NCBI RefSeq assembly: GCF_009914755.1
Contig: NC_060925.1
Length of the DNA: 64,000 nucleotides
Strand: one strand, 5' to 3'
From: the human T2T-CHM13v2.0 reference genome, Homo sapiens
This document shows, in pieces, positions 63,176-64,000 of this stretch. A program made the translations under genes and the position numbers. The stretch's first letter is position 1, and each line of letters starts with the position of its first letter. The notes under the pieces were generated by a model. It was not told the origin of the DNA and made no database searches. It saw nothing but the letters and a program-made list of their open reading frames with translations.

Positions 63176-63452
63176 CGGTCATCCCTCCATATGAGGAGGG
63201 GAGTGGGAATTGGTTGTGGGACTTCCGTGGATATCCAAATCAGTGGATGCTAAAGTCCCTTACATAAAATGGCATAGTATTTGGTTATCATCCTCCCCAT
63301 ACATCATCTCTAGATTATTTATAGTACTTAATACAATGTAATGCTGTGTAGTCATACTGTATTTTTTACTTGTATTTTTGTTGTTTTGTGGGATTTAAAA
63401 AATATTTTTATTCTGAGGATAGTTGAATCCACAGGATACTGAGGGCCAGCTG
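63176..63452 (+). mobile_element. MER2 (TcMar-Tigger) element
   Basis: TA|cggtcatccctc...ggatgctaaagtcccttacataaaatggcatagtatttg...gatactgagggccagctg|TA. Confidence 0.8.
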
Positions 63453-63639
63453 TATTCACAACCCAAATCACATACAAAGCGACAAGTTCATACACAATAG
63501 GCCTATTAGAACAGGACTGTTCTCTCTTGTTTATCATTGCAGCCTTTCTAGCACAAAGCCTGGGACATTCTGGACATTTAGTATGTGTTAAATTTCTCTT
63601 ACTACATTATTTCCAACAGTATTTACTGCAATCTGCAAT

Positions 63640-63785
63640 TACCTTCCTTTTGTTTTGTAACTGTGTCCCCCACTAGAATGTAAGCTCTGTGCAGATAGTG
63701 TCTCATTTATTGATGTATCCCTGGCATCTAATAAAACACTGACAACACAAGCACCCAGTAAATATTTTTTGAATGACTGAACAAT
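63640..63785 (+). mobile_element. L2 3'-end fragment
   Basis: ccccactagaatgtaagctc...tgtatccctggcatcta...agtaaatattttttgaatgactgaa. Confidence 0.65.
63730..63735 (+). terminator. Candidate distal polyadenylation signal AATAAA
   Basis: ctggcatctAATAAAacactgac, lying inside an L2-like 3'-end fragment. Confidence 0.5.
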
Positions 63786-64000
63786 AACCAGTTCATAAGG
63801 CTGATAAAATTGGTATAGCTAGATGAAGTATGATTTTGAGGGACTATGAAAATCAAAGTAACCACACAATAAATTATCAGCCCTCTACTTCCATTCAAAA
63901 CAAGCTCCTGGGAATTGAATTATGAAATCTATCATATTACTTTCTCTAAAGAACTTCAAGTTGGGTGTCAACTAAAAAGTTGCAGGCGAGGCGCGGTGGC

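Overview
Human (primate) genomic DNA, AT-rich and dense in Alu and L1 repeats. It contains nearly all of SLC35A3, the Golgi UDP-N-acetylglucosamine transporter gene, on the + strand. Seven coding exons (21675-21861, 27381-27535, 35154-35276, 39485-39653, 43418-43536, 45798-45931, 50502-50592) join through GT-AG introns into a 978-nt ORF (325 aa, [10 protein letters not shown]...GNPTKA*). The promoter and exon 1 lie upstream of the window, so 1-21656 is intron. A long, Alu-containing 3'UTR region follows the stop codon, with a distal AATAAA at 63730. Almost all other ORF-track entries are Alu or L1 artefacts. I see no new multi-gene system. The notable observations are structural and regulatory: (i) a ~7.5-kb antisense L1 with a 16-19-bp target-site duplication that includes the splice donor, implying an ~87-nt intron was expanded to 7.6 kb; (ii) swapped, inverted TSDs around a tail-to-tail Alu pair in the 3'UTR, implying an Alu-Alu inversion; (iii) a 189-bp templated copy of the next intron's start inserted inside that L1; (iv) an out-of-frame uORF overlapping the start codon; (v) a candidate poison exon and a tandem donor; (vi) two U6 retrocopies. 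Repeat boundaries are approximate and subfamily calls are by eye.
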